Below are positions 47,311 to 58,287 of a stretch of 61,308 nucleotides of DNA, in pieces (the first letter of the stretch is position 1; every line of letters begins with the position of its first letter). The notes under the pieces were generated by a model. The model searched no databases, was not told the origin of the DNA, and was given only the letters and a program-made list of their open reading frames with translations. Source of the DNA: Verrucomicrobiia bacterium Tous-C4TDCM (GTDB taxonomy: Bacteria > Verrucomicrobiota > Verrucomicrobiia > Verrucomicrobiales > Akkermansiaceae); the NCBI GenBank assembly GCA_002304315.1, contig NEUO01000001.1, positions 1-61,308 of the forward strand, in the 5' to 3' direction. The translations under genes and the position numbers were made by a program.

Positions 47311-50300
47311 GTGATCAATAATGCCGCCTTCTGCGCCCGGAACCGCCGAGATCCCAAGGGGGGCCAGGCGGACGGTTTCGCGTTGGTGATCACGCTCGCG
47401 CTTATGGTCCTGCTGGTGATCGTGGCGGTCGGCCTGCTGTCGCTTTCCTCGATCTCGCTCCGCACCACCGGGCAGAGCGCCGCGCGTGCCGAGGCGGCGG
47501 CTAATGCCCGACTGGCCCTGATGCTGGCGTTGGGGGACCTGCAGAAGCTCCTGGGGCCGGACCAGAACATCACGGCACCATCCGGAATTTTCGATGCCGA
47601 CCCGGAATCCCCCGAAATGTCCGGTTTGAACCATCCCCACCTCACCGGTGTCTGGCGATCACGTTCCGAAACCCTCGCCCAGACGCCCGACTATTCCCGC
47701 GAGCAATCCTTCCGGCGCTGGCTGGTCTCGAACCCCGATGACAAGCCGATCCGATCGCCCGGATTCGTGAATCAGGGCTCACTGGTGAATCCGGTCCGGA
47801 TGGTCGACGGCCCCGGCAGTCCGGCAGAAGGACGGGTCGAAGCAGGTCGTCTGCCGGTAGGAAGTGGTACCCTCGCTTGGTGGGTGGGGGACGAGAACTG
47901 CAAGGCGCTGATCAACCCGCGCAACGACGACGACCGCAACGACAACGCCCCGGCCGCCGAGTTGCTGGCAGGTTTCGCAAGCCCGGGCCCCCATGGCATC
48001 CTCGCGCTGGAGGACTTCAAGGATTTCCCCGCCAACACCACTGCCAGCGACAAACTGATCACCCATGAAACCCTTCCGCTAGTCGCCACCGGTGCCGATG
48101 CCGCCAAGTATTTCCACCATCTGTCGCCCTATCCGAGCAGCGTGCTGGCGAACGTGACCAACGGGGCGCTGCGGAAAGACCTGAGCCTCTATCTCGAGCG
48201 CACGGACATCAACTGGCTTCAAGGCTGGGGCCGCGCCGAGGGAACGAGTGGAGTACCGCGCGGACCGCTCGGCCCGAACGGCAAGATCGCCCTCAGCAAT
48301 CCCGACGATCACGATGTGCTGGCGTGGAAGCACCTCCATCATTGGTATAAGATGCACCGCAAACAGCTTGGCAACCAGCAGGACCTGCCCGTGAACGCGA
48401 TGCTCAACACCACGCCCGCGATCGATCCGGTCAGCAACCCCGCGTGGAACAGCGGCGTCACCCGGATGACGCCCATGGTGGTGCGGATCCAAATGCTCGT
48501 CTCACTCGGCGCACAGGGCACGCCAGGATCCAGCGACTTCTCCATGCGGATGTACAGTTATCCCGTCGTGACGCTGTGGAATCCCTACAATGTGCCGATG
48601 AGAGTGAGCGAATGGAGCACGTTCCTGCACACGCTGCCGCTCGAACACACGATCTTCGTCGGCGGAGTGAAGCAGAACCTGACGGGCGGAGGCACGCTCA
48701 ATGGCAACTACAACTGGGGATGGCCGCACGGCAACATGACCATGCGCGTCGGCGGAAGCACCGGACCTCCCATCAGCTTCGCGCCCGGCGAGGCGAAAAT
48801 GCTCACCTACAGCACTTCGGAAAGCGGAGGTTTCAACGCACACAACATGATCGACAGCCCGCCCGCATGGCTGCCGACCCGTGCCGGCCAACCACGCGAC
48901 CTTGGTGTGATCAGCGGCAACCCCTCGGACCGGATTACCATTTCCACGTCCCTCGCCACCTGGGAAAGCAGCGCCTCATCCTACGTCGGCCAGAATTTCC
49001 AGACCACCTTCGACTTCCGCTGCGAACCCCGGGCCATCCATGCCGGGCATCCGGCACGATTCCAGAACCAGATGTTCTCTTCCCAGGTCGGCTGGCGGCA
49101 CGAGGCGACCAACCCGCGCATCGCCTTCATCTCGGAGCGGAACTTCCCCAGCGTTACTTTGAGCGAGCTCAACAACAACCCGAAACCTTTCCTTCATCTC
49201 GACATCCGCCTGAAGACGCTCGACGAAGTAGCACTCCCCAACAAAACCTGGCTTCACAACATCCCCTTCCACCCATTCGCCGCGGTCACCTCGACCTCGA
49301 AGCACTCGCAGAAGGGTGTGGATGCCGCGACGACCTTCTACGCGCACCCCTTCACGCTCACCTTCGAGCAGGTTACCGGCGTTGAGGGAGTGTTCCAGAA
49401 CCGCCCCTTCTTCGGTCCCAGCAACCGTCCGGGCGGCCAGTCACGGATTGTCTCGGCGCCGATACCGCTGGCTCCCCTCACCTCGCTGGCCCAGTTGCAG
49501 AATCTTCCCTTGCTGCCGATCGAGGCGCTCAACTGGAGCGGCTATTACTACCAGAATCACGCGATCGGGAACTCCTTCGCCTCGCCCGGCCTGACTCCTA
49601 CTTCGATCCGGGAGACTTCGTTTCCTTTCCATCTCGGCCAATACTTCCCTTGGCAGGGTGGAGACATCGCCGGCCAGACTTACGATGACCGCACCTGGTT
49701 CAACAGTGCCGACTATGTGGTCCAGGGGGCACCCGCAATGGTGGTCGACCGGAGCTATGCCGCCAACCACCTGCTGTTCGACGATTACTTCTTCTCCTCG
49801 ATGGCGGCACAGGAAGGGCCGGTCTTCGAAAAATACGGAACCAGACGTGCGTTGCGCGCCGTGGTGGAAGACTTCTTCAGCGGGCGGAAGCCCCTGCCCG
49901 TCGCCGCCTACCGGGCCTACAACGTCGCGGAATCCGCCGCGAACAACACCATCGACCTTTTGACCAGCCGCACCGGTCCGACCGCCACGGGACATCTCAA
50001 GTCCGCCTCGAAGCTCATGGTGGACGGCGGCTTCAACATCAACTCGACTTCGGTCCCGGCATGGACGGCCGTTCTCTCCGCCGCCAACCGGAAACGTCCG
50101 GTCACCATGGTCCGGGACAGCCAACTGAGCGGCCAGATCCGCGGTAGTTATGTCGTCAGCCGTAATCCGAATCCCTCCACCGGCAACGCCACGGAGGCAA
50201 GCCGTTGGCTCGGTTACCGCGAGTTGAACGAGGAGGAAATCCGCCAGCTTGCCGAGGCGGTGGTGCGGCAGGTGAAAAAGCGCGGGCCGTTCCGCTCTTT

Positions 50301-50790
50301 GGGGGAATTTGTCAACCGGCGTCGCTCGACGGATCAGGAAATGGCGAAATACGGCGCGCTTCAGGCCGCTCTCGATGACCCGGAAGTCGATATCAACCGC
50401 GACTACCGAGGCAGCGGAAAGGAAATCAGCGCTGCCGATATCGCGGGGGCCAGCTACAAGTTTCCCGCCGCCGCCCTGGGATCCCGCTATCAGGGCACTC
50501 CCGCCTACATCAATCAGGCGGACATCCTGACGCCAATCGCCCCGATTATGCAGGCCCGCTCCGACACCTTCGTGGTGCGCGGATACGGCGAGGCCCGCTC
50601 GAACGATGGGAAGAACATCACCGCCCGTGCCTGGTGTGAGGCCGTCGTCCAGCGGGTCCCCGACTTTATTGATGCCGCGGAATCCCCGGATCTCACCCGT
50701 GACCAGCTCAAGTCGACGGCCAACCGGCTCTTCGGCCGCCGCTTCATCATGAAGTCGTTCCGCTGGCTGCCTGCCATTCGTCAAACCTGA
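47311..50790 (+). CDS. Giant prepilin-like (PilX/GspK-type N-terminus) protein, paralogue 1
   Basis: G|FALVITLALMVLL class III signal without Glu5; conserved AWWVGDE, RGPF.SL, ARSDTF, FRWL; start tentatively GTG 47311. Confidence 0.85.
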   Translation: MINNAAFCARNRRDPKGGQADGFALVITLALMVLLVIVAVGLLSLSSISLRTTGQSAARAEAAANARLALMLALGDLQKLLGPDQNITAPSGIFDADPESPEMSGLNHPHLTGVWRSRSETLAQTPDYSREQSFRRWLVSNPDDKPIRSPGFVNQGSLVNPVRMVDGPGSPAEGRVEAGRLPVGSGTLAWWVGDENCKALINPRNDDDRNDNAPAAELLAGFASPGPHGILALEDFKDFPANTTASDKLITHETLPLVATGADAAKYFHHLSPYPSSVLANVTNGALRKDLSLYLERTDINWLQGWGRAEGTSGVPRGPLGPNGKIALSNPDDHDVLAWKHLHHWYKMHRKQLGNQQDLPVNAMLNTTPAIDPVSNPAWNSGVTRMTPMVVRIQMLVSLGAQGTPGSSDFSMRMYSYPVVTLWNPYNVPMRVSEWSTFLHTLPLEHTIFVGGVKQNLTGGGTLNGNYNWGWPHGNMTMRVGGSTGPPISFAPGEAKMLTYSTSESGGFNAHNMIDSPPAWLPTRAGQPRDLGVISGNPSDRITISTSLATWESSASSYVGQNFQTTFDFRCEPRAIHAGHPARFQNQMFSSQVGWRHEATNPRIAFISERNFPSVTLSELNNNPKPFLHLDIRLKTLDEVALPNKTWLHNIPFHPFAAVTSTSKHSQKGVDAATTFYAHPFTLTFEQVTGVEGVFQNRPFFGPSNRPGGQSRIVSAPIPLAPLTSLAQLQNLPLLPIEALNWSGYYYQNHAIGNSFASPGLTPTSIRETSFPFHLGQYFPWQGGDIAGQTYDDRTWFNSADYVVQGAPAMVVDRSYAANHLLFDDYFFSSMAAQEGPVFEKYGTRRALRAVVEDFFSGRKPLPVAAYRAYNVAESAANNTIDLLTSRTGPTATGHLKSASKLMVDGGFNINSTSVPAWTAVLSAANRKRPVTMVRDSQLSGQIRGSYVVSRNPNPSTGNATEASRWLGYRELNEEEIRQLAEAVVRQVKKRGPFRSLGEFVNRRRSTDQEMAKYGALQAALDDPEVDINRDYRGSGKEISAADIAGASYKFPAAALGSRYQGTPAYINQADILTPIAPIMQARSDTFVVRGYGEARSNDGKNITARAWCEAVVQRVPDFIDAAESPDLTRDQLKSTANRLFGRRFIMKSFRWLPAIRQT

Positions 50791-50809
50791 TCGGCTCCCA
50801 TTCCCTGCC

Positions 50810-51505
50810 ATGTCATTCACCAACATTCCCTTCCAGATCCCGGCCCGGATCCTGTCCGCCGTTCTGCTACTCACCGGTCTTCCCCTCTTCGCTCAGGACA
50901 GCGCCGCGAAAAAGGTGGCCACCGTGGAGTTCCGCGTCACCCGCTTCGATCTCGATGACCGGGAATCTCCAGTCTACCGCGCCGGGAGCGGAGGCAAGCA
51001 GGTGGAGATCGAGGTCCCTTTGACCTTTATCGCGGGGCCGTTCGAGGCACCGCTGCGCGACGGGACCACGCTCGACCTCTGGCAGGGATCCGTGGAGAAG
51101 CCCGAAATCTCCCTCGAGATCAAACCTGCGGAGCGCGAACACCTGCTGCTGGTCTTTTTCCAGCAGGACAAAACCGTCCGGGTCATGAAGGTCCATTCCC
51201 CGCCGGACCGCATCAAGGGCGGTGATCGTTTCATCATCAACACCACCCCCAACGAGATGGCGATCAAACTCGGCAACGGGGAGCCGCTGATGATCGCAAC
51301 GGGCAAGTCGGGAATCCTCGCCGCCCCCCCGGGGGACGCGATCGTCAGCCTGCCGGTGCTCGTGAGTCTGAAGCAGGAAGACAAGTGGACGCTCGCCAGC
51401 ACCGAGCAATGGCCTTTCGACCCCCGTTTTCGGAAGTATCTCATCGCCTACATGTCGCCGCGGACTCGCCAGCTCGTATTTCACAGCGTGACGGAGAGCC
51501 TTTAA
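50810..51505 (+). CDS. Secreted partner protein of paralogue 1
   Basis: Sec signal ..LLLTGLPLFA-QD; beta-rich; 19 bp after upstream stop. Confidence 0.75.
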   Translation: MSFTNIPFQIPARILSAVLLLTGLPLFAQDSAAKKVATVEFRVTRFDLDDRESPVYRAGSGGKQVEIEVPLTFIAGPFEAPLRDGTTLDLWQGSVEKPEISLEIKPAEREHLLLVFFQQDKTVRVMKVHSPPDRIKGGDRFIINTTPNEMAIKLGNGEPLMIATGKSGILAAPPGDAIVSLPVLVSLKQEDKWTLASTEQWPFDPRFRKYLIAYMSPRTRQLVFHSVTESL

Positions 51506-51779
51506 CCGGGCGACGGAGAAATCTCCGGTTGAAGAAGACAAGCCGGACTAAAAAGAGCCATTGCCACCAAAAATGGATATTCTTGTTTTGGATTTTGAAC
51601 ATTACGTCGAGATTTCCTCCCCCCCTTTGGCCCCGAGGCGGCTTTAACGCTGTAAATACATTCAATGCTTGGATCCTTGACGCACCAATCCATGCGTTGT
51701 AGTTGCAAATCATGCGGTTCGCTCCAAGGCGATCGTCGATTCGGTCAGTCCAAGCCCCCGAAAACCCAGCTCCAAGCCC

Positions 51780-54700
51780 ATGAAACATTTCCTGCACTCG
51801 AATCCGTCGAGCCGCCGACAGCCCCGAGGGTTTGCCTTGGTGATCACCCTTTCGCTCATGGTTCTGCTCACGGTCATCGCGGTCGGTCTGATGTCGCTGT
51901 CTGCGATTTCTCTCCGTTCCGCGAGCCGCGGCGATGCCATGGCTGCCGCACGCTCGAACGCCCGGCTCGCCTTGACGATCGCGATCGGCGAACTCCAGCA
52001 GCTCGTGGGTCCGGACCAGCGAATCACCGCCCCGGCGAACATCGCCGGCACGGCCACCGGGGATCAACTCGGCGCCGGAGCTCCCCCGCTCAACAATGCC
52101 TCCGTCAATAACATCAGCAAAGGCCTTACCGCCCTGCAGCCGGGCACCCGTTATTGGACTGGCGTTTGGAAGAACAGCAACACAGCCACCCCCGGAACCG
52201 AGATCTACACCAAGACCCCGTCTCCGACCCTTCTGCAGTGGCTGGTGAGCGGCAACGAAATCAGCGCCACTCCCAAAAACACGCCGGCATCCGCGGCTTT
52301 CACCGTCGCAGCCGACGGCTCTGTCTCCGATCCTGAGACTTCGGTGCTGCTGGTCGGACCGGGAACTGTCGATGGCAACGCCACGACGGCGGCCGACAAC
52401 TACGTCACTGCGCCGCTGGTGGAAATCTCGACAGCAGCCCCGGCAGACTCAGAGCCCCAGGGCCGCTACGCCTGGTGGATCGGCGATGAAGGCGTCAAGG
52501 CCCGCATCAACATGGTCCGAACCGAATCGGACAACACCGCCTCGGCATCGCTGATCGCCCAGCGCCGCGGCTGGGAAACCATTCCCGCCATGGCCTCCTA
52601 CCCCACCCCGGGAACCCCGGGCGAAAGTTCCCTGCCGAAAGTCATCACCTCGTCCCAAGCCTCACTCCTCAACACCGGCGCCACCGCCGCCCGGCAAGTC
52701 TTTCATGCCGCCACCTCTGACAGCCGGGGCGTTATCTCCGATGTTCTGAACGGCGGCACCCGGATTGACCTGACCAACCTCCTCGACTCCGGCCTCCCCG
52801 CCAGCAGCCCGATCCCTTCGATCGCCAACTATCCGACCCAGTCCGGCAACATCATTCCGCGGACCATCGCAGCCAGCATGCGAGCCCCTCGCTGGTCCGC
52901 CCTGAAAGATTTCCAGGGCCTGACCCGGCTTGTGAATGGCGGCTCGCTCACTGCCACCGCCGCCACCCCTGAAACGTCCAACACCAACAACCTGACCAAC
53001 CCCAACGTCGTAACTGGTGTCACCAAGGCCTCTATCGCGCCCGTCGTCACCGACTTCCGCATCCTCATGGGCGTCCGCTTCGTACCCTCCGGTGAAGGCA
53101 TTAAAACCAACCCCTGTGGGAAAATCGCTCTCGCGATCTCCAACCCCTACTCCGTCCCCCTCAAGTGGAGCCAGGATTTGGAGTTTCACGTCAAAAACCA
53201 GACCCCACCCGGCAACAGGCCGTCGCGCATCTGGAACCTTGGCAACGAAACCGCCTTCTTCAGCAACTCGAGCGACCCCACCGAACCCGCCGTTTTCAAC
53301 AACGTCTATTTCCGCATCCGCGCCGGAACCCTCGAGCCCGGCGAAGTCAGGGCCTACACCCATTCCGGAGCCACCTTCCGCGACCGCACGAATTCCCGCA
53401 TCGTTGTCGAACTCGGAGCCTTCGGCAGCTCCTCGCCCGGCAGCTTCAGCAACTGCGTCGAAATGGACACCACTACAGTCCGCACCACACTCCCCTCAAT
53501 GGACGTCCGCGAAAGCTGGCAGACCACCCTCATCGGCCTCGAGATGGGCCTCTCGGGATCATCTTCAAGCTCGGGACTTCTCCGCGCCATCGACCGCTTC
53601 GACCTCGATAACGGCTACTTCGGCGCCAATACCCGAAATCTCCCCATCGAAGAAGCCAAGCAGATCAGCGCCCCGATCCCGCTCATGCTTTATAGTTTCT
53701 CCCTCAGCCAACCCGGCATGGATTACCTGAACCTCATGCCCAGCGGCTACGATCTGGGCCAGCGCGGCTCCTCGCTCCGCACCTTCATGGATTTCAATAT
53801 CCGTGCCGCCCGCATGTACAAGCCCATCGCCTCCTACAATCCTCCCCCTTACTTCATGGAGACTACCAACTCCATTGCCCAGCTCCCCGCCACCGGCGGC
53901 GCTACCGGAGACGCTTTCACCCGTGACCTCGCCATCCCGCGCTGGGGTTACTCGCCCGTTTCCGGCTCCGGCCGCGCCATCCTTTTCGATGTTCCAGAGC
54001 GTCTCGTCTCCCTCGCCCAGCTCCAGCATGCCGACCTCACCGGCGACGACATCAGCGCCTCCATCGGTCACCAGCCTGCCTACGCCGTGGGGAACTCGTA
54101 TGCCACTCCCTTCGTCAAACGCCAGCTCACCTCCCAGCGGCGTTACGACTACGAAATTGTCGGCTCGCCCAATCAGTCGGGTGCCCTCAACGCGCCCCGC
54201 AATTACTTTGACCTCTCCTACCTGCTCAATACCTCGCTTTGGGATGGTTATTTCTTCTCCTCCCTCGCTGGCAGCGGAGCTTCACGCTCTTCCGAGAATC
54301 CGACCCTCATCTTCCACGGCGATTCCAGCCCCTCGGGTCTCACCGACGCCACCCAGCCGGCCGCGGCAATGATGATCGAGGGATCGTTCAATATCAATTC
54401 CACCAACAAAGACGCGTGGAAGGCCTTCCTCGCCAGCAGCCGTCACTTCAAACACAAGGCGGATACCTCGGTAAACTCCTCCGCTGCCTTCCCCCGAAGC
54501 CTGAGCCAAACCTCCCCCGCCACTGACCCACCCTCCGGCAAGGATGAAGACTCCTATACCGGCTTCCGCCGTCTTAATGACGCGCAGATCGACGCGCTCG
54601 CTGGGGAAATCGTCAAGCAGGTCCGTCGCCGCGGTCCCTTCGTTTCCCTTTCCCACTTCATCAACCGTGCCATCGGCGACATCAACACCCAACGTGAACT

Positions 54701-55307
54701 CACCCGCGCCGGCGCGCTGCAAGTCGCCGTCGATGAAAGCGGCCTCAATATCAACCTGGCCGGCAGCCGCTCGGTCTTCTCCGCTGTCACCGCTGCCAAA
54801 GACGGCTTGAAACTCAGCGAGAAAAACGGGGCCCCCCGCGCCGACATGGACGGTGGCGATACCGGGGGCCAACTCCCCAACGCCGAACCCGGGATTGCAG
54901 ATTGGGCGGTCACATCCACCGACAACAACTTCGGCTCCGTCGCCTCCATCATCGCCGACCGCGTCACGATGACCAACCCGAGCTTCCAGAATGAGCAGGG
55001 CTACCGCTCCACCGGCATCCCCGGCTGGCTCACCCAAGCCGATATCCTCCAGGTCATCGGCACCGCCATCTCCGCGCGCTCGGACACCTTCCGCATCCGC
55101 ACTTGTGGCGAAGCCTTCGATGCCTCGGGAAATGTCGTTGCCAGAGCTTACTGCGAAGCCATCGTCCAACGGCTCCCCGATTACGTGGACCCTTCCAACA
55201 AAGCCACGGACCGCGGGACCCAGCTCAATGCCAATCCCGTCAACAAGATCTATGGTCGCCAATTCCAAGTCGTCTCCTTCCGCTGGCTCTCCCAAAGTGA
55301 AATCTAA
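51780..55307 (+). CDS. Giant prepilin-like protein, paralogue 2
   Basis: RG|FALVITLSLMVLL; shares terminal blocks with paralogue 1, divergent middle. Confidence 0.88.
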   Translation: MKHFLHSNPSSRRQPRGFALVITLSLMVLLTVIAVGLMSLSAISLRSASRGDAMAAARSNARLALTIAIGELQQLVGPDQRITAPANIAGTATGDQLGAGAPPLNNASVNNISKGLTALQPGTRYWTGVWKNSNTATPGTEIYTKTPSPTLLQWLVSGNEISATPKNTPASAAFTVAADGSVSDPETSVLLVGPGTVDGNATTAADNYVTAPLVEISTAAPADSEPQGRYAWWIGDEGVKARINMVRTESDNTASASLIAQRRGWETIPAMASYPTPGTPGESSLPKVITSSQASLLNTGATAARQVFHAATSDSRGVISDVLNGGTRIDLTNLLDSGLPASSPIPSIANYPTQSGNIIPRTIAASMRAPRWSALKDFQGLTRLVNGGSLTATAATPETSNTNNLTNPNVVTGVTKASIAPVVTDFRILMGVRFVPSGEGIKTNPCGKIALAISNPYSVPLKWSQDLEFHVKNQTPPGNRPSRIWNLGNETAFFSNSSDPTEPAVFNNVYFRIRAGTLEPGEVRAYTHSGATFRDRTNSRIVVELGAFGSSSPGSFSNCVEMDTTTVRTTLPSMDVRESWQTTLIGLEMGLSGSSSSSGLLRAIDRFDLDNGYFGANTRNLPIEEAKQISAPIPLMLYSFSLSQPGMDYLNLMPSGYDLGQRGSSLRTFMDFNIRAARMYKPIASYNPPPYFMETTNSIAQLPATGGATGDAFTRDLAIPRWGYSPVSGSGRAILFDVPERLVSLAQLQHADLTGDDISASIGHQPAYAVGNSYATPFVKRQLTSQRRYDYEIVGSPNQSGALNAPRNYFDLSYLLNTSLWDGYFFSSLAGSGASRSSENPTLIFHGDSSPSGLTDATQPAAAMMIEGSFNINSTNKDAWKAFLASSRHFKHKADTSVNSSAAFPRSLSQTSPATDPPSGKDEDSYTGFRRLNDAQIDALAGEIVKQVRRRGPFVSLSHFINRAIGDINTQRELTRAGALQVAVDESGLNINLAGSRSVFSAVTAAKDGLKLSEKNGAPRADMDGGDTGGQLPNAEPGIADWAVTSTDNNFGSVASIIADRVTMTNPSFQNEQGYRSTGIPGWLTQADILQVIGTAISARSDTFRIRTCGEAFDASGNVVARAYCEAIVQRLPDYVDPSNKATDRGTQLNANPVNKIYGRQFQVVSFRWLSQSEI

Positions 55308-56130
55308 GCATTTTTTTCGCGCCGTCTGTGTCGCGATCCTCGGCCACGCGTCTGCCATTTTCGCTCAGGATGCCTCTGTCAGCATGAAGATCGATGTCGT
55401 CGCCTGGGGCGATGACATCCACGGGCTCACTTTCAAGAAGGGCGACTCCAACGGCGAGATCTCGGCCCTCGGTTTCCGCTACTCCGCAAAGCCCGTCTCT
55501 TACGCGGGGCCCCTCGTGATGGAAATTTACCAGACCGGTTCCGGCCCCGCCAAACCCGCCGTAGTGTTGACCCAGGAAGACAAGGACCACGAGCTCATGC
55601 CCCTCATCGTCGAGGAGGAAAAACCCGCTGCGGGCGAGGAAGCCCGCACGCCTTTGGCCGTCGAACTCGAAAAGCGTCGTAAGGAGAACCCCTCCCTCGT
55701 CGCACTCGCCCAGCTCCCCGGTGCCTCCTGCAATCGCGCCACGATCCTGCTGGCCCCGGCTTCCAATGGCACCTTCATCGCCTATGTGATCGACGATGAT
55801 CCCTCCAAGCTCCCGCCCGGCAAGCTCCGCGTCCACAACCTGAGCCCGAACGAGATCACCTTGCGCTGCAACGGCCGTGAGAACAAGGAGTTCAAAACCC
55901 GTGACGCTCACGTCTTCAATCCCGCCAACGACAGCATCATTTACGAGCTGGCCTACAAGCAGCGGGGCGAATGGATCGTCCAAGGAAACAATATCCTTTC
56001 CATCAAACCGACCGATCAGGTCCAAATGATCATCCTCCGCTCGCGCAACCAGTTTTTCCTCTCCTCCGACGGTTCCAGTGGCGGCTTCCTTCAGATCGTC
56101 ACCCTCCGCCGCAACAGCAACCCGTCCTGA
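55297..56130 (+). CDS. Secreted partner protein of paralogue 2
   Basis: GTG start overlapping the upstream stop; signal ..ASAIFA-QD; beta-rich. Confidence 0.72.
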   Translation: MKSKHFFRAVCVAILGHASAIFAQDASVSMKIDVVAWGDDIHGLTFKKGDSNGEISALGFRYSAKPVSYAGPLVMEIYQTGSGPAKPAVVLTQEDKDHELMPLIVEEEKPAAGEEARTPLAVELEKRRKENPSLVALAQLPGASCNRATILLAPASNGTFIAYVIDDDPSKLPPGKLRVHNLSPNEITLRCNGRENKEFKTRDAHVFNPANDSIIYELAYKQRGEWIVQGNNILSIKPTDQVQMIILRSRNQFFLSSDGSSGGFLQIVTLRRNSNPS

Positions 56131-56152
56131 CTCCTCACCCACCCGCTCCCGA

Positions 56153-57448
56153 GTGAATTTCCGCTGCCCCCACTGCCAGCTCGAGATGAGCGCCGAGAAC
56201 GAGCACGCCGGTCAGGTCGTCTCCTGCCCCGGCTGCAATGGTCGCTTCCAAATCCCCGCCTTGCCCGACGCCCCGGTCGCAGGTCCCACTGCGGCAGGCA
56301 AAAAAGCGTCATCGTCGCAGCGCGGCGGCTGGCAGGAAGAGGACCACGCCAATATCAGCTTTGGCATCAGTCTCGGCATCGCCGCCGCTGCCACCACCTT
56401 GTTGCTGATGGCCATGCTGCCGTTCGCGGGTTCGACGGTCTCGGACATCCTGCTCAAGCGCGGCTGGGTCAACTACGCGGAGGTTTTCCTCTTCGTCTGG
56501 GGCTTCGTGATCTTGGCGATGAAGTGGAAAAAAGCGAAGCGCCAGCGCCAGGCGATGCTGCTCGATGTGGTTCCCGCCAGCCTCGGAGCGGAGATCAATG
56601 CGCACACCGTCAACGGCTTCATCGAGCACATCTACAAGCTCCCGCTGCGGCTCCGCGATAGCCTGATGGTCAACCGCATCCGCAAGGCGCTCGAACTCTT
56701 CGAAAAGCGCAACAACAACGGCGAGATCTCGTCTTTCCTCAACGCCCAGTCCGATATTGATGCCAACCGCAGCTCCGGCTCCTACACCCTGATCAAGGTC
56801 TTCCTCTGGGCCATCCCGATCCTCGGCTTCATCGGCACCGTCCAGGGCCTGTCGATCGCCGTCAGCTCGCTCTCCACCGGCTCCGGCGACCCGAGCCAGC
56901 TCAAGGATTCCATCAACCAGCTCACCGGCGGTCTCGGCGTCGCCTTCGACACCACCCTGCTCGGCCTGGTGCTCTCCATGATCCTCTCCTTCCCCCTCGC
57001 CAGCATGCAAAAGGAAGAAGAGGAAGTGCTCACGCTGATCGATGCCTTCTGCAACGAGAAGCTGATGCCGAAGCTCAACGACTCGAAGAGCGACGCCAGC
57101 GACATGCTGCTTTCCCAGGCCGAGAACATCCCGGCCTTCGCCGCCTCGCTGGCCCGTGCCCACGAGCTGTTTCTCGTGAAGTTGCAAGAGGCCACCACCC
57201 TGCTCTCCCAGGCCGGCGAAACCCTGTCCACCCGTCTCAATGCCCACCAGACCCGCGTCGAGGGAACCTTCAGCAGTGCCGTCGACAAGCTGACCTCGGA
57301 AACGCGTGACGCCATCCTCGTCCCGACCCGCCAGCTCAACGAATACTTCGCGTCGCTCTCCAAGGGCGTCGAATCCCTGAACGGCACGCTGCAAAAACTC
57401 GGCGGCGAGACCATCGTCGTGCAGAAGCGCGGCTTCTTCTCAAAGTGA
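56153..57448 (+). CDS. MotA/TolQ/ExbB proton-channel protein with N-terminal zinc ribbon
   Basis: CPHC..CPGC; IPILGFIGTVQGL and GLGVAFDTTLLGL channel helices; helical C-terminal tail. Confidence 0.88.
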   Translation: MNFRCPHCQLEMSAENEHAGQVVSCPGCNGRFQIPALPDAPVAGPTAAGKKASSSQRGGWQEEDHANISFGISLGIAAAATTLLLMAMLPFAGSTVSDILLKRGWVNYAEVFLFVWGFVILAMKWKKAKRQRQAMLLDVVPASLGAEINAHTVNGFIEHIYKLPLRLRDSLMVNRIRKALELFEKRNNNGEISSFLNAQSDIDANRSSGSYTLIKVFLWAIPILGFIGTVQGLSIAVSSLSTGSGDPSQLKDSINQLTGGLGVAFDTTLLGLVLSMILSFPLASMQKEEEEVLTLIDAFCNEKLMPKLNDSKSDASDMLLSQAENIPAFAASLARAHELFLVKLQEATTLLSQAGETLSTRLNAHQTRVEGTFSSAVDKLTSETRDAILVPTRQLNEYFASLSKGVESLNGTLQKLGGETIVVQKRGFFSK

Positions 57449-57467
57449 GCCTCTAACCGGAACTCCG

Positions 57468-58286
57468 ATGTCACGACGCAGGTCCAACGCGGGAGGAGGA
57501 GGGGTTTCGCTCTTCCCCTTCCTCAGCATCCTCGCGTGCCTGATCGGCATTCTCACGCTGATGATCAAGCTGGTCAGCGACATTCGCGATGCCGGCCCGC
57601 AAGAGCGCGATCCGGAGGAGCTGGCACGCTCGGAGAAATTCCTCGCGATCGAAGCGCAGCTCAAGCAGCGCCGGGCCGAACTCGCGAAGATCGAAGCCGA
57701 GCTGAAGCAGCGCGACGGCGCCTTTGTTGAACTTCAGGATCTCGAAGGCCGCCAGGTCGTGTTGCGCAAGAAGCTTGAGGGGGCCAAGGCGAAACCCGGC
57801 GAGTCAGACGCCGAACTCCAGAAACGGACCGAGAACCTGCTCGACCAGATCGCCGCTCTCGCCAAGGAACGGCCATCCTTGGAAAAGAAGGCCGCGGAAC
57901 TGAAGGCGGAGCTTGAGAAGCGGAAGATCAAACCCGACTCCACCCCGGCCCCGGTGGTCGTCCAGCCCGGCGGCTCCGGCGTGACGCGGAACACCCCGAT
58001 GTTCTTCATCGAGTGCCATGGTTCCGGCGTGAACATCCTCGGCAAGGACGGCTCGAAGACCGCCGTCTCCACCGCGGCCATCACCACCGAACCCGCTCTT
58101 TCAAAGGTCATGAACGAAGCGAAATCCGCCCGCGGATCGCTAGTTCTTTTCCTCATCCGCGGCAACGGCTACGGCACTTACCAGACCGCCGCCGGTTGGG
58201 CCGAGGACCAGTTCAAGGTGCGCACCGGAAAGCTCCCGATCCCCGGCTCCGGCGCGATCGACCTCACCCTCTTCCAACCCCGTTGA
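57468..58286 (+). CDS. ExbD/TolR-like single-TM coiled-coil protein (no TM Asp)
   Basis: Basic N-terminus, SLFPFLSILACLIG TM, long coiled coil, C-terminal LFLIRGNG domain. Confidence 0.65.
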   Translation: MSRRRSNAGGGGVSLFPFLSILACLIGILTLMIKLVSDIRDAGPQERDPEELARSEKFLAIEAQLKQRRAELAKIEAELKQRDGAFVELQDLEGRQVVLRKKLEGAKAKPGESDAELQKRTENLLDQIAALAKERPSLEKKAAELKAELEKRKIKPDSTPAPVVVQPGGSGVTRNTPMFFIECHGSGVNILGKDGSKTAVSTAAITTEPALSKVMNEAKSARGSLVLFLIRGNGYGTYQTAAGWAEDQFKVRTGKLPIPGSGAIDLTLFQPR

Positions 58287-58287
58287 C

